The translations under genes were made by a program, and so were the position numbers. Under the pieces are notes generated by a model. The model saw nothing but the letters and a program-made list of their open reading frames with translations. It made no database searches and was not told the DNA's origin. Positions 19,514 through 28,837 of a stretch of 42,283 nucleotides of DNA are shown here, in pieces; the first letter of the stretch is position 1; every line of letters begins with the position of its first letter. Source of the stretch: Parcubacteria group bacterium CG08_land_8_20_14_0_20_48_21 (GTDB lineage: Bacteria; Patescibacteriota; Patescibacteriia; UBA1544). The DNA is taken from positions 1 to 42,283 of the forward strand of contig PEYJ01000029.1 in assembly GCA_002774425.1 (NCBI GenBank), written 5' to 3'.

Positions 19514-21034
19514 ATGCCGGCTACGTTTGTTTTTTTGATTGGGGGGATCACCATTGGTCTTCTTTTCGGATTTTTGCTGCGCAAGATGATTGTGCAGAAC
19601 AAGATTGAAACTGCGGCCAACAAAGCGGAGCAGATTCTTATTGATGCAAAAAACAGGGAAAAGGACCTGCTCTTAAAAGCTAAAGAAAGAGCGCTTGCAT
19701 TTATTGATGAAGCAAAACAAGAAGAAGCTGCGCGCAGAAAGGAACTTCGCGTCTTGCAGCAGCGTCTTGAGCAGCGGGAAGGCGCGTTCAGCAAAAAACT
19801 GCTGGAGCTGCAGGACAAACAGCAAAAACTGTATGATAAGGTGCAGCAAGTGGAGCAAATCAAAGGGGATATTGAAGATGTTAAAAATCAGACAGTGAAA
19901 AAATTGGAAGAAGTTGCGCATTTGACTCGTGAAGAAGCCGAGCAACGTCTGCTCGTCCAAGTTGAGGAAAGCGCGCAAGAGAACCTCTTGACGCGCATGC
20001 GCAAGCTGGAAGCGCAGAGTCAGGAAGAGCTCCAGCACAAGGGGCTTGAGATACTCGTCAATGTCATTGAGCGGTGCGCGACTAATCACGTGTCCGAATT
20101 TACCACGACGGTCGTGGATTTGCCGAACGATGAAATGAAGGGGCGCATTATCGGGCGCGAAGGGCGTAATATTCGCGCTATTGAGCACTTGACGGGCGTG
20201 GAGCTGATTGTTGACGATACCCCGGGGGTCATTACTGTTTCCGGATTTTCTCCCATACGCCGACAAATCGCTAAGCGCGCATTGGATTCTTTGATTAAGG
20301 ACGGTCGCATTCATCCGGGGCGTATTGAAGAGGCGATAGAGACTGCAAAAAAAGAAATTGCGCTTGATGTCAAGAAAGCGGGTGAGGACGCGCTCTACAA
20401 ACTGGGCATTCCGCCGCAAGATCCGAAACTCACGCAGATTCTCGGGCGGCTCAAGTACCGCACCAGCTACGGACAGAACCAGCTGAAGCATTCCATGGAA
20501 GTGGCAATGCTTGCCGAGATGCTCGCAAAAGAAGTTGGCGCCAATGTGCAGGTGTGCAAAAAAGGAGGTCTCTTCCATGATATCGGCAAAGCGATTGACC
20601 ACGAAGTGCAAGGAGGACACCCCGAAATCGGCTACGACCTGATGAAAAAATTCGGCATGCCGGAAGAGATCGCCTATCAATCCATCGCGCACCACGAGGA
20701 TCATCCAAAAACACTTGAGGGTATTGTGGTGAAAATTGCCGATGCAATTTCCGGATCGCGTCCGGGCGCGCGCCGCGATTCGCAAGAGCAGTACATTCAG
20801 CGTCTGGAAGAGCTGGAGGGTATTGCCCAAGGATTTACTGGTGTAGAAAAAGTGTATGCGATCCAGGCGGGTCGTGAGGTAAGGGTCTTTGTAACGCCGC
20901 AGCAGGTGACCGATATGCAGGCGCAGCAGCTTGCTAAAAATATTGCAACACAAATAGAAAAAGACATGCAGTATCCCGGGGAAATTAAGGTGAATGTGAT
21001 ACGCGAAACGCGGGTTATTGAATATGCGCGATAA
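19514..21034 (+). CDS. rny: Ribonuclease Y
   Basis: N-terminal TM, coiled coil, KH MKGRIIGREGRNIR, HD domain FHDIGKA, YAIQAGRE. Confidence 0.98.
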   Translation: MPATFVFLIGGITIGLLFGFLLRKMIVQNKIETAANKAEQILIDAKNREKDLLLKAKERALAFIDEAKQEEAARRKELRVLQQRLEQREGAFSKKLLELQDKQQKLYDKVQQVEQIKGDIEDVKNQTVKKLEEVAHLTREEAEQRLLVQVEESAQENLLTRMRKLEAQSQEELQHKGLEILVNVIERCATNHVSEFTTTVVDLPNDEMKGRIIGREGRNIRAIEHLTGVELIVDDTPGVITVSGFSPIRRQIAKRALDSLIKDGRIHPGRIEEAIETAKKEIALDVKKAGEDALYKLGIPPQDPKLTQILGRLKYRTSYGQNQLKHSMEVAMLAEMLAKEVGANVQVCKKGGLFHDIGKAIDHEVQGGHPEIGYDLMKKFGMPEEIAYQSIAHHEDHPKTLEGIVVKIADAISGSRPGARRDSQEQYIQRLEELEGIAQGFTGVEKVYAIQAGREVRVFVTPQQVTDMQAQQLAKNIATQIEKDMQYPGEIKVNVIRETRVIEYAR

Positions 21035-21113
21035 TAATCAACCGATAAACCCATAAACTGTAATACCACATACAATTTGCACAGTATGGGCGGTATGTGG
21101 TAACTTACGCAGT

Positions 21114-21908
21114 ATGACCATCTTATTCTTAGGAGATGTAGTAGCCAGAATCGGACGCCGTGCGGTCGCGCGAGGTTTGCCCAAGTGGAAGAAAACCTAC
21201 AAACCGGATCTCATTATTGCGAATGTGGAGAACTTGGCACACGGCAAGGGGGTAACGGAAAAAACGCTCAAAGAAATGAGCGACTTGGGTATAGGTGTCT
21301 TCACCTCCGGAAACCACATTTGGTCTAATAAAGAGGTTTTTGCGTTGTACGCAAAAAAAACACATGCTATGCTCTTGCGACCCGAAAACTATCCTCCGGA
21401 ATTGCCGGGAAGCGGCTTATGGCAAGGCGTAGTCGGTAAAAAATACGTCGCGGTAGTCAATCTCATCGGACGCGGTTTTATGCCGGGAAGCTACGATTGT
21501 CCGTTTCGCGCATTTGACCGCTTATGGCAACAGGTGAAAAAAGATGCCATCGTGTTTGTTGATTTTCACGCCGAAACAACTTCCGAAAAGGCGGCATTTG
21601 CGTGGTACGTTGACGGCCGTGCGACCGCAGTCGTCGGGACGCATACCCATGTGCCGACCGCAGACGCCAGAAAACTCGCCAAAGGAACCTTTTTTATCAC
21701 CGATGTAGGCATGTGCGGCTATCACGACGGCGTTATTGGCGTGCAAAAAGAAGGGATTATGGAGAGTATGATGTTGCAGTACCGGCAGCATAAAATTTGG
21801 CCCGAAAAAGGCAATGCCGCAGTGAATGGCATTGTATTAACCTTTCCGGAACGCAAGGGAAGCAAGCCAACCTTTACGCACATCCATGATGAAGTGCGCA
21901 TTGAGTAA
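21114..21908 (+). CDS. ymdB: YmdB family metallophosphoesterase (TIGR00282)
   Basis: FLGDVV, NVENLAHG, TSGNH, DFHAETTSEK, GTHTHVPTAD, TDVGMCG; follows rny. Confidence 0.93.
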   Translation: MTILFLGDVVARIGRRAVARGLPKWKKTYKPDLIIANVENLAHGKGVTEKTLKEMSDLGIGVFTSGNHIWSNKEVFALYAKKTHAMLLRPENYPPELPGSGLWQGVVGKKYVAVVNLIGRGFMPGSYDCPFRAFDRLWQQVKKDAIVFVDFHAETTSEKAAFAWYVDGRATAVVGTHTHVPTADARKLAKGTFFITDVGMCGYHDGVIGVQKEGIMESMMLQYRQHKIWPEKGNAAVNGIVLTFPERKGSKPTFTHIHDEVRIE

Positions 21909-22034
21909 CCGAGTACGTATATCGGTAGCGAGCAGTTTTGCAGAGTGGAGCAATGCGAAAATTGAGCAGAAACGCGTAGCCGCAGTATTCCTTTGTTATG
22001 TACTTTACCTACCTATACGAAAGGAGGTGATCGT

Positions 22035-22331
22035 ATGAATAAAGCGGAACTTATTACCGCTGTTGCCGAAAAAACTTCACTACCGCGCAAGCAGGTTGAA
22101 GAAGTGGTGGAATCAATGCTGGAGATGATTGTACGCACGCTCAAAAAAGGAGGTAGCGTGCACTTAACGAGCTTTGGTACGTTTTTGGCGCGCAGGCGCG
22201 AAGCGCGCATGGGAGTGCATCCACGAAATCCGCAACAGCGCATCCACATGCCTGCGGTAACCGTGGCAAAATTTCAAACAGGCAAGGGACTGAAAGATGC
22301 GCTGAAACACCATGACGCTACTTCCCTATAA
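22035..22331 (+). CDS. hup: HU family DNA-binding protein
   Basis: SD AAGGAGGT; MNKAELI...FGTF..RREARMGVHP...F..GKGLKDAL. Confidence 0.93.
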   Translation: MNKAELITAVAEKTSLPRKQVEEVVESMLEMIVRTLKKGGSVHLTSFGTFLARRREARMGVHPRNPQQRIHMPAVTVAKFQTGKGLKDALKHHDATSL

Positions 22332-22343
22332 ATAACAATCATC

Positions 22344-22372
22344 TTGCATGTGAGCGAGAAAGCGCCTATACT
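22344..22372 (+). promoter_or_regulatory. Promoter of the tRNA-Arg/tRNA-Lys pair
   Basis: TTGCAT-17 nt-TATACT. Confidence 0.65.
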
Positions 22373-22436
22373 GTTTTGCGTTGTGTTCGGTAACGTGCAG
22401 GGTGTCGGCTATGAGCTTGTCCGTAGCAGCATGAGA

Positions 22437-22513
22437 GCTCTCGTAGCTCAACTGGATAGAGCGCTTGGCTTCGGACCAAGAGGTTGCAGGTTCAAATCCT
22501 GCCGAGAGCACCA
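22437..22513 (+). tRNA. tRNA-Arg(TCG)
   Basis: GCTCTCG/CGAGAGC acceptor, CTTGG-CTTCGGA-CCAAG anticodon arm, encoded CCA. Confidence 0.96.
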
Positions 22514-22516
22514 TCC

Positions 22517-22591
22517 GGGCGCATAGCTCAATGGTAGAGCAGTTGCCTCTTAAGCAATTGGTTGGGGGTTCGAGTCCCTCTGCGCCCACCA
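22517..22591 (+). tRNA. tRNA-Lys(CTT)
   Basis: GGGCGCA/TGCGCCC acceptor, GTTGC-CTCTTAA-GCAAT anticodon arm, encoded CCA. Confidence 0.96.
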
Positions 22592-22626
22592 ATAAAAAAC
22601 AACTTTCATAGAAGTTGTTTTTTATT
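22591..22626. terminator. Terminator after the tRNA pair
   Basis: AATAAAAAACAACTT-tcatag-AAGTTGTTTTTTATT. Confidence 0.75.
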
Positions 22627-22640
22627 GAAAATATGTGAAG

Positions 22641-23332
22641 ATGCAAAGAGGATCGTTATCTTACCCTCAATCTTATATATCTACCAAATTGACCACTTTG
22701 ATCTTGTTGTTGCTGGTTGGCGCGGCGTTTTGTGCCGGGTTTGTCGTTTATCCGCAACTGCCCGAGCGCATCGCGTCTCATTGGAATGTGGAAGGTCAGG
22801 CTGATGCTACGCTGTCCAAAACATGGGGCATATTTCTCTTTCCGCTCATCATGGCTTTGTTGTTCGCCTTGTATGCCGCAATTCCCTACCTTGATCCGCT
22901 CAAAAAAAATATTCAATCATTCCGCCGGCAGTACAATCTATTTTGGTTGATCTTCAGCATTTTTATGGCGTATGTGTATGCGCTTTCTCTTTTGTGGAAT
23001 ATCGGCAGCCGGTTTGATATTAGTCGTATGCTCATGCCCGCGATAGCGGTGTTATGGTACGTACTTGGCAGCGTGCTGCAACAATCCAAGCGCAACTGGT
23101 TTATGGGCATTCGCACGCCGTGGACACTCTCAAACGATGTTGTGTGGCACAAGACGCATCAGCTTGGAGGAAAACTATTTAAACTGTCCGCGCTCATTGT
23201 GCTCGTAAGTATTTTCGTGCCATCAACCGCGTGGCATTTTTTGCCATCATCATTCCCGCGTTTGGCACAGCGCTTATAATGGTCGTGCACTCGTTTTTTG
23301 CATACCAAAAGGAAACATCTCGCCAAAAATAA
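22641..23332 (+). pseudogene. SdpI/DUF1648 immunity-type membrane protein with a frameshift near the C-terminus
   Basis: LPERIASHWN..G, NWFMGIRTPWTLSNDVVWHKTH; the expected last TM (AFFAIIIPAFGTALIMVVHSFFAYQKE*) is in another frame from about 23230 to stop 23332. Confidence 0.75.
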
Positions 23333-23384
23333 AAAATTCCCGAAAACTGCTTCAGGAGTATCAGGAAAAAACGGGTTGCCGCTT

Positions 23385-23992
23385 TCAGTAGAGCGGTTTA
23401 ATTTCGGTAGCGAGTCCGACGTTGCTTTCTCGAACGCTGTCTTTGATCGGCCAGACGGTATAGGTTTTACCTGCGAGAAGGCCTAAAGTCGCCCGCACAT
23501 TACAGAAAAGCATGTCAGTGCAGCGCAGCTTAATATTTTCGGGTACAAGATGCGTTCGGGTTGAGCCATGATATAGCAGAGAGGTGATCGCGTACACGCG
23601 CAGTAGTGCGCACCGATCTCTCCAGAACAAATTCGTGAATTTTTCGGTGCAGTCTATGCACGTGAGGTGCCATCCTACGAGATCTTTTTTCTTGAACGCC
23701 TAATGATCTCTGTAGAAATCTCCTTCCGGAAACACGTCCTCCCCAAGCATTTTGCACAAAGAGAGTAGCGACACGGGCGGTATGGCAACTACATGCAGTG
23801 CTGTCGGTATGTTTTCAGCTGCGCGCATGTAAAAGGCACGGTCGTAAATTTTTGCACATGCGGCTGTATCTGCTGCGGCGGAGTGCGTAAATAGCTTGCA
23901 CACTGGGTAAGGGAAAGTACGCGGTCTTTTCCCATGATATCCCAAGCGTCCTGTGCTGGCATTGGTCTGAGAGACGATGTTTTCGTTTGCAT
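23385..23992 (-). pseudogene. Decayed hypothetical gene (frameshift plus in-frame TAG)
   Basis: GGAG SD before ATG 23992 and upstream TTGACA-16-TATAAC; frame shifts near 23800; TAG at 23700-23702 splits two collinear in-frame ORFs. Confidence 0.6.
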
Positions 23993-24277
23993 GCCGCTAC
24001 TCCCAAAGAAAAGAATTTGATGCCCGAACCTATTTCGGACAATGAGATACCGCGTGCTACGCAGAATTATCTTACCAGATCAACAGATCATATCTTGTTA
24101 TAGCATATTGCGCGCGCGTGTCAATCAAGGACTTTTGCATAAGCTCATCAATGACCACTATCCCGCCTAATCTGCGTTCCTTATACTTACCCCCTTCAGA
24201 GCACGTTTGCCGAGAACGGCTTTTTATTTTTCCGGATACTTGCCTCCCCGCAAAAAAAGCGGTAAGGTACACCCACT

Positions 24278-26065
24278 ATGGCAGATGTTGATGACATAAA
24301 ACAGCGCATAGATATTGTAGAATTGGTGCGTGAGTACGTTCCGGGTTTGGCGCGTGCGGGGACGAACAACTGGAAGGCGCGCTGCCCCTTTCATACTGAA
24401 AAATCACCCTCATTCATGGTGAGCGCGGACAAGCAAATTTTTCACTGTTTCGGCTGCGGCGAAGGAGGAGATATTTTTACCTTTGTCATGAAGCAGGAGA
24501 ACGTGGAATTTCCCGAAGCACTGCGCACACTCGCGCAGCGCGCTGGGGTGGAGCTGACTCCCGAAAATCCCCAACGCAGAAGTGAAAAAACACGCTTGTT
24601 GGATCTACTCGCACACGCCGCAAAATTTTTTGAAGCGGTGTTGGCGCATCGGCAAACGGGTGTCAAAGCGCGATCCTATCTTGACCAGCGCGATGTGCCG
24701 GAAGAGTTGCGCATGACTTACCGGCTTGGCTACGCTCCGGATCAATGGAACGGACTTTCGCTGGCACTCAAGAAAAAAGGTTATACCGAGAGCGAACTGC
24801 AGCGTGCCGGACTCTCCATGATCTCGCCAAAAGGCGGGGTGTATGACCGCTTTCGCGATCGGCTGATATTTCCCATAAAAAATACCAATGGCGATATAGT
24901 TGGTTTTGGCGGACGCGCACTGGGTACGGATGATGAGCCTTCCCACACGGATGCACAAGGTCCCAAGTATCTCAATTCTCCGCAAACGCCCGTGTATGAC
25001 AAAGGGCGAACGATCTACGGTTTGTATGAGGCCAAGCAGGCGATACGGGATACCAAAGCGGCGGTGCTCGTGGAAGGATATATGGACGTGCTTGCGTCTG
25101 TCAAAGCCGGAGTCGCCCATGCGGTTGCCGTATCGGGGACGGCATTGACTCCGGATGCCGTCCGCCAGCTCAAGCGCTTTGCGCCTATGCTCATTTTTTC
25201 CCTTGACACTGATGCTGCGGGTGCGGCAGCAACCGATCGCGGTGTACGCATAGCGCTTGCGCATGGTGCGGAAGTGCGTGTGGCTCCGGTGCCGTTCGGC
25301 AAGGATCCTGACGAGTGCGTACGGCATGATCCTGAACTGTGGCGGAAAACAATCACCGATGCGCGGCCTTTTATGGCGTATGCGTTTGATCGCGCGACGC
25401 ACGATAGAGATGTATCGCAGGTGGCGCATAAGCAACAGATTACCAATGAACTCTTGCCCTACATGGCCGTTCTTACAGATGATGTTGAACGTGAACACTG
25501 GTTGCAGAAACTCTCCGTTTTGGTTGGTGTTGCGCACGAGGCACTGCGCGATCGCTTGCGCAAGGAAAAATCTGCAGGAACGTACCCGGAAAAAGGAGGT
25601 GAAATTGCCGTTGTACAGCAACAACTCTCTCGCGCACACGTATTGCTGGGACTCGCGCTTGCCTATCCGTTCGTTTTAGATTTTGTCGCCGATCACCTGG
25701 ATCCGGAAACGATTGTGGAAAACTCGGTACGAGATATTTACAAGAAATTGCTTTTCACCTATACTACATCTATTGGTTCCAATCCCTCGAAATTTTTGCA
25801 GGAGGATTTTTTTCGTTCGCTTGATACTCAAGTGGATGACTTGAAACAACTTACCCTCCGTATAGAAAAGGATTTTGCCACTTTCACTCCCGATGCTATC
25901 CACCAAACGGCCGTGCAGCTTGCCGCAGACCTTGCGAAAGAGTGGATCGTGGAGCGCAAAGCCGAACTTATCCGCAAGCTGGCAAGCACGCCTCCTGCTC
26001 AACAGGAGGAAGAAATTTATAAAGAACTCAATCGTCTCAACCGTGAGCTGGCACATCTACCGTAA
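24278..26065 (+). CDS. dnaG: DNA primase
   Basis: CPFHTEKSPSF..CFGC zinc finger, RFRDRLIFPI, KYLNSPQT, VEGYMDV, GKDPDE. Confidence 0.98.
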   Translation: MADVDDIKQRIDIVELVREYVPGLARAGTNNWKARCPFHTEKSPSFMVSADKQIFHCFGCGEGGDIFTFVMKQENVEFPEALRTLAQRAGVELTPENPQRRSEKTRLLDLLAHAAKFFEAVLAHRQTGVKARSYLDQRDVPEELRMTYRLGYAPDQWNGLSLALKKKGYTESELQRAGLSMISPKGGVYDRFRDRLIFPIKNTNGDIVGFGGRALGTDDEPSHTDAQGPKYLNSPQTPVYDKGRTIYGLYEAKQAIRDTKAAVLVEGYMDVLASVKAGVAHAVAVSGTALTPDAVRQLKRFAPMLIFSLDTDAAGAAATDRGVRIALAHGAEVRVAPVPFGKDPDECVRHDPELWRKTITDARPFMAYAFDRATHDRDVSQVAHKQQITNELLPYMAVLTDDVEREHWLQKLSVLVGVAHEALRDRLRKEKSAGTYPEKGGEIAVVQQQLSRAHVLLGLALAYPFVLDFVADHLDPETIVENSVRDIYKKLLFTYTTSIGSNPSKFLQEDFFRSLDTQVDDLKQLTLRIEKDFATFTPDAIHQTAVQLAADLAKEWIVERKAELIRKLASTPPAQQEEEIYKELNRLNRELAHLP

Positions 26066-26149
26066 GCACACGCATGATGCGCTCCACTGCCTTTCTGGAT
26101 GGATCCAACAGAGAGGTGGGGTGGTGCTGTGCCATTTTGCATACTTCCT

Positions 26150-27445
26150 ATGACATCTCGTACCAAAAAAATCGCAACTGACGCGAGAAATAAAACCCAC
26201 GCGGCAACCCGGAAGAAAAAACAGGGGGTGCAGAAAAACCCGATGCGCGGAGCGCGTCCGAAGAAACGGTCAAGCAGGCATGCTGCAGGCAGAGGCGGTG
26301 TAAAAAAGACCGCGCCTAAAACCGCGCGCGCCGCGGCAACTCCTCCGGCTAGCTCACCGGTAGCCGTTGCCGCGCTCCTCCAAAAAGGGCGTTCACGCGG
26401 ATTTATAACCGAGACAGAAATTCTTTACGTCTTTCCCAACCTTGAGTACTACACGGATACATTTGAAGATTTCCTCCTTGACATTGAAGAGCAGGGTATT
26501 CGGTTGGTAGAACAGGCTGCGGGATTTTTGGGCACCACATCTGAAACGCCGTCCACCGGGCCAGCGTCGCACAAAGAGGAGAAGATCTCACCTCTTTTAC
26601 ATACAGATCTTTCCGACATTTCAACCGATTCTATTCAAATGTATCTGCGGGAGATTGGAAAGGTACCGCTCTTGACCGCAGAAGAAGAAGTGGCGCTCTC
26701 CAAGCGTAAGGATCAGAATGATGAGGAGGCGAAGCAGCGGTTAATTGAAGCGAACCTGCGCCTTGTTGTTTCCATAGCAAAAAAATTCACGGGTAAATCA
26801 CTCTCGTTATTAGATCTCATTCAAGAGGGGAATATCGGACTCTTCCGCGCGGTGGAAAAATTTGAGTACAAAAAAGGATATAAATTTTCCACGTACGCGA
26901 CCTGGTGGATTCGCCAGGCTATTACGCGCGCGCTCGCCGACCAATCTCGCACCATACGTATTCCTGTACACATGGTGGAAACGATCAATAAATTTCAGCA
27001 AATTGAGCGGCAGCTGATTCAGGATTTGGGTCGCGAGCCTTTGCCTGAAGAAATTGCGGCGGAAATGGGGGAAGACGTGGAAAAAGTGCGGCATATTATT
27101 AAAATATCACAGGATACGGTATCGCTGGAAACCACGGTCGGCGAAGACGAAGAAGATTCCACGCTTGAGGACTTTATTGAAGACATTAAAAATGTTACGC
27201 CGGATCGTGCGGCCGCATTGCAGCTGTTGCGCGGTTATGTGCGCGAAACGATTGAGGAATTAAGTCCTCGTGAAAAAAAGATTCTGGAAATGCGCTTCGG
27301 ACTGTTGGATGGCGTTGCGCATACACTGGAGGAAGTGGGGCAGGAATTTGAGGTAACGCGCGAACGCATCCGTCAGATTGAAGCGAAGGCGCTGGAGAAA
27401 ATTCAGAAGCACACGGGGGTGCGCAAGCTCAAGGATTATTACTAA
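26150..27445 (+). CDS. rpoD: RNA polymerase primary sigma factor
   Basis: [48 protein letters not shown]; basic N-terminal tail. Confidence 0.97.
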   Translation: MTSRTKKIATDARNKTHAATRKKKQGVQKNPMRGARPKKRSSRHAAGRGGVKKTAPKTARAAATPPASSPVAVAALLQKGRSRGFITETEILYVFPNLEYYTDTFEDFLLDIEEQGIRLVEQAAGFLGTTSETPSTGPASHKEEKISPLLHTDLSDISTDSIQMYLREIGKVPLLTAEEEVALSKRKDQNDEEAKQRLIEANLRLVVSIAKKFTGKSLSLLDLIQEGNIGLFRAVEKFEYKKGYKFSTYATWWIRQAITRALADQSRTIRIPVHMVETINKFQQIERQLIQDLGREPLPEEIAAEMGEDVEKVRHIIKISQDTVSLETTVGEDEEDSTLEDFIEDIKNVTPDRAAALQLLRGYVRETIEELSPREKKILEMRFGLLDGVAHTLEEVGQEFEVTRERIRQIEAKALEKIQKHTGVRKLKDYY

Positions 27446-27503
27446 CTTTTCTTTCCGCCTACATGCAGCACATTCATGTTATTTATATTTTCATCTCTTT
27501 TCT

Positions 27504-28610
27504 ATGGACACAGCAAAATTAGCGGCGTACGTTGGTGAGCAGCTGCGCAACCGCGTAGCGCCAAAAGATATCAAAGAGCAGCTTGCGGCGGTTGGCTGGT
27601 TGGAAGACGAAGCCGATGCGGCCTTAGCACGCGGACTTGCGGAAGCGGGTGTGCCGGTTCCCGAAGGCAAGGAAGTCGGCGGGAAAAAAGCATCGGTTGC
27701 TGAAATTGCGGTCAATTTTTTCTCGTTCGTGCTCTTGGGCGCGGTGGCGTTTGCGCTGGGCGCGCTATACTTCGGCATCATCAATCGGTATTTCCCCGAC
27801 CCGCTGGTTGACCGCACGCTGTATTATCAAACCAACACTTTGGCGAAAGTCATCCACTACGCGATTGCGACACTCATTATCGCGTATCCCTTGTACTATG
27901 CCGCAGTGCGTATTTGGTTTCGCCGCTTTCATGCGGAGGTGAAAAAGACTGAATCCCGCCTGACCAAATGGCTTACCTACATCGTGCTGATTGCTGCTGC
28001 CGGAACGGTGGTGGGCGATCTCATCACCGCGCTGTTTACTTTTTTCCAGGGGGAGATCACGGTACGCTTTTTTCTGAAAGCGGTAACAGTGCTCATCATT
28101 GGTGCCATGATTTTCATCTTCTACTTCCTTGAGCGCAGAAAAATCCAGTACGGACAGGCTATTGAGCGCACGGTCTTTGCCTCACTGGGGAGCGCGGTGA
28201 GCGCGCTGATCGTAGTAGGTATTATACTTGGCTTTGTTGCCACAGGATCTCCGACGACCGCGCGCATGGTAGGATTTGATATGCAGCGTTCACAGGATCT
28301 ACAGAGTATATCGTATGCCGTCCAGTCATTTACGCGCCGCTTTGAACGCTTACCCGAATCGCTGGATGAGCTGATGCAGGCGAATGGCTCTTACGGACCT
28401 ATAACCGCGCTTGATCCCGAAACCGGCACGCCCTACGAATACCGCGTAGTGGCGCAGCCGCTTGGTACCAGCGCCATTCGTGAAGGTACTTACGAACTGT
28501 GCGCGATTTTTTCGCTTGTAGCGGAAAGGGGAGTGACGGCATATGGTACGAAATATGACGCACACGATGCGGGGCGAAGCTGCTTTACTGAAATTACATC
28601 CGCAAAATAG
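27504..28610 (+). CDS. DUF5671 domain membrane protein
   Basis: IINRYFPDP, KWLTYIVL, GDLIT...GEITVRFFLK, D..RSQDL, DPETGTPYEY, YELCA.F. Confidence 0.8.
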   Translation: MDTAKLAAYVGEQLRNRVAPKDIKEQLAAVGWLEDEADAALARGLAEAGVPVPEGKEVGGKKASVAEIAVNFFSFVLLGAVAFALGALYFGIINRYFPDPLVDRTLYYQTNTLAKVIHYAIATLIIAYPLYYAAVRIWFRRFHAEVKKTESRLTKWLTYIVLIAAAGTVVGDLITALFTFFQGEITVRFFLKAVTVLIIGAMIFIFYFLERRKIQYGQAIERTVFASLGSAVSALIVVGIILGFVATGSPTTARMVGFDMQRSQDLQSISYAVQSFTRRFERLPESLDELMQANGSYGPITALDPETGTPYEYRVVAQPLGTSAIREGTYELCAIFSLVAERGVTAYGTKYDAHDAGRSCFTEITSAK

Positions 28611-28623
28611 GTAAAAATTTCAC

Positions 28624-28663
28624 GCAAAACCGCTCCACCCTCTCACGGGGGTGGAGTTTTGCA
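28624..28663. terminator. Hairpin terminator after the DUF5671 gene
   Basis: GCAAAAC..CTCCACCC-tctcacgg-GGGTGGAG-TTTTGC. Confidence 0.65.
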
Positions 28664-28670
28664 TAAAAAA
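28642..28670 (+). repeat. 29-bp direct repeat, copy 1
   Basis: CTCACGGGGGTGGAGTTTTGCATAAAAAA, identical to 30957-30985. Confidence 0.95.
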
Positions 28671-28691
28671 CATCATTAAGATGTAACATAC

Positions 28692-28827
28692 TAGGACTTA
28701 TGCGCTTGCCCGTCTCCACGGTCATTCTCGTGTAAACGGGAATCTATATAAAATCCTTGGATTCCACAGCCCGCATATCCGGTAGGCAGGCCTCTCGCGG
28801 GAATGACAATCAAATGCGTAAGTCCTA
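28692..28827. repeat. Nested palindromic repeat / MITE-like element
   Basis: Terminal IR TAGGACTTATGCG...TGCGTAAGTCCTA (11/13) enclosing GTCATTCTC-N8-GGGAATC...GATTCC...GGGAATGAC. Confidence 0.75.
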
Positions 28828-28837
28828 TATAAACTAA

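Noticed and set aside
19673-20953. 426-aa antisense ORF inside rny
   Set aside because: Typical antisense shadow from codon bias; F/L-rich with no domain
23700-23702. Stop-codon reassignment (TAG readthrough or code 25)
   Set aside because: Conserved genes here end normally at TAG (e.g. rbfA) and TGA (e.g. kinase, holA) and have no internal stops; the same gene also has a frameshift, so decay explains it
24605-25639. 344-aa antisense ORF inside dnaG
   Set aside because: Shadow ORF; no motifs
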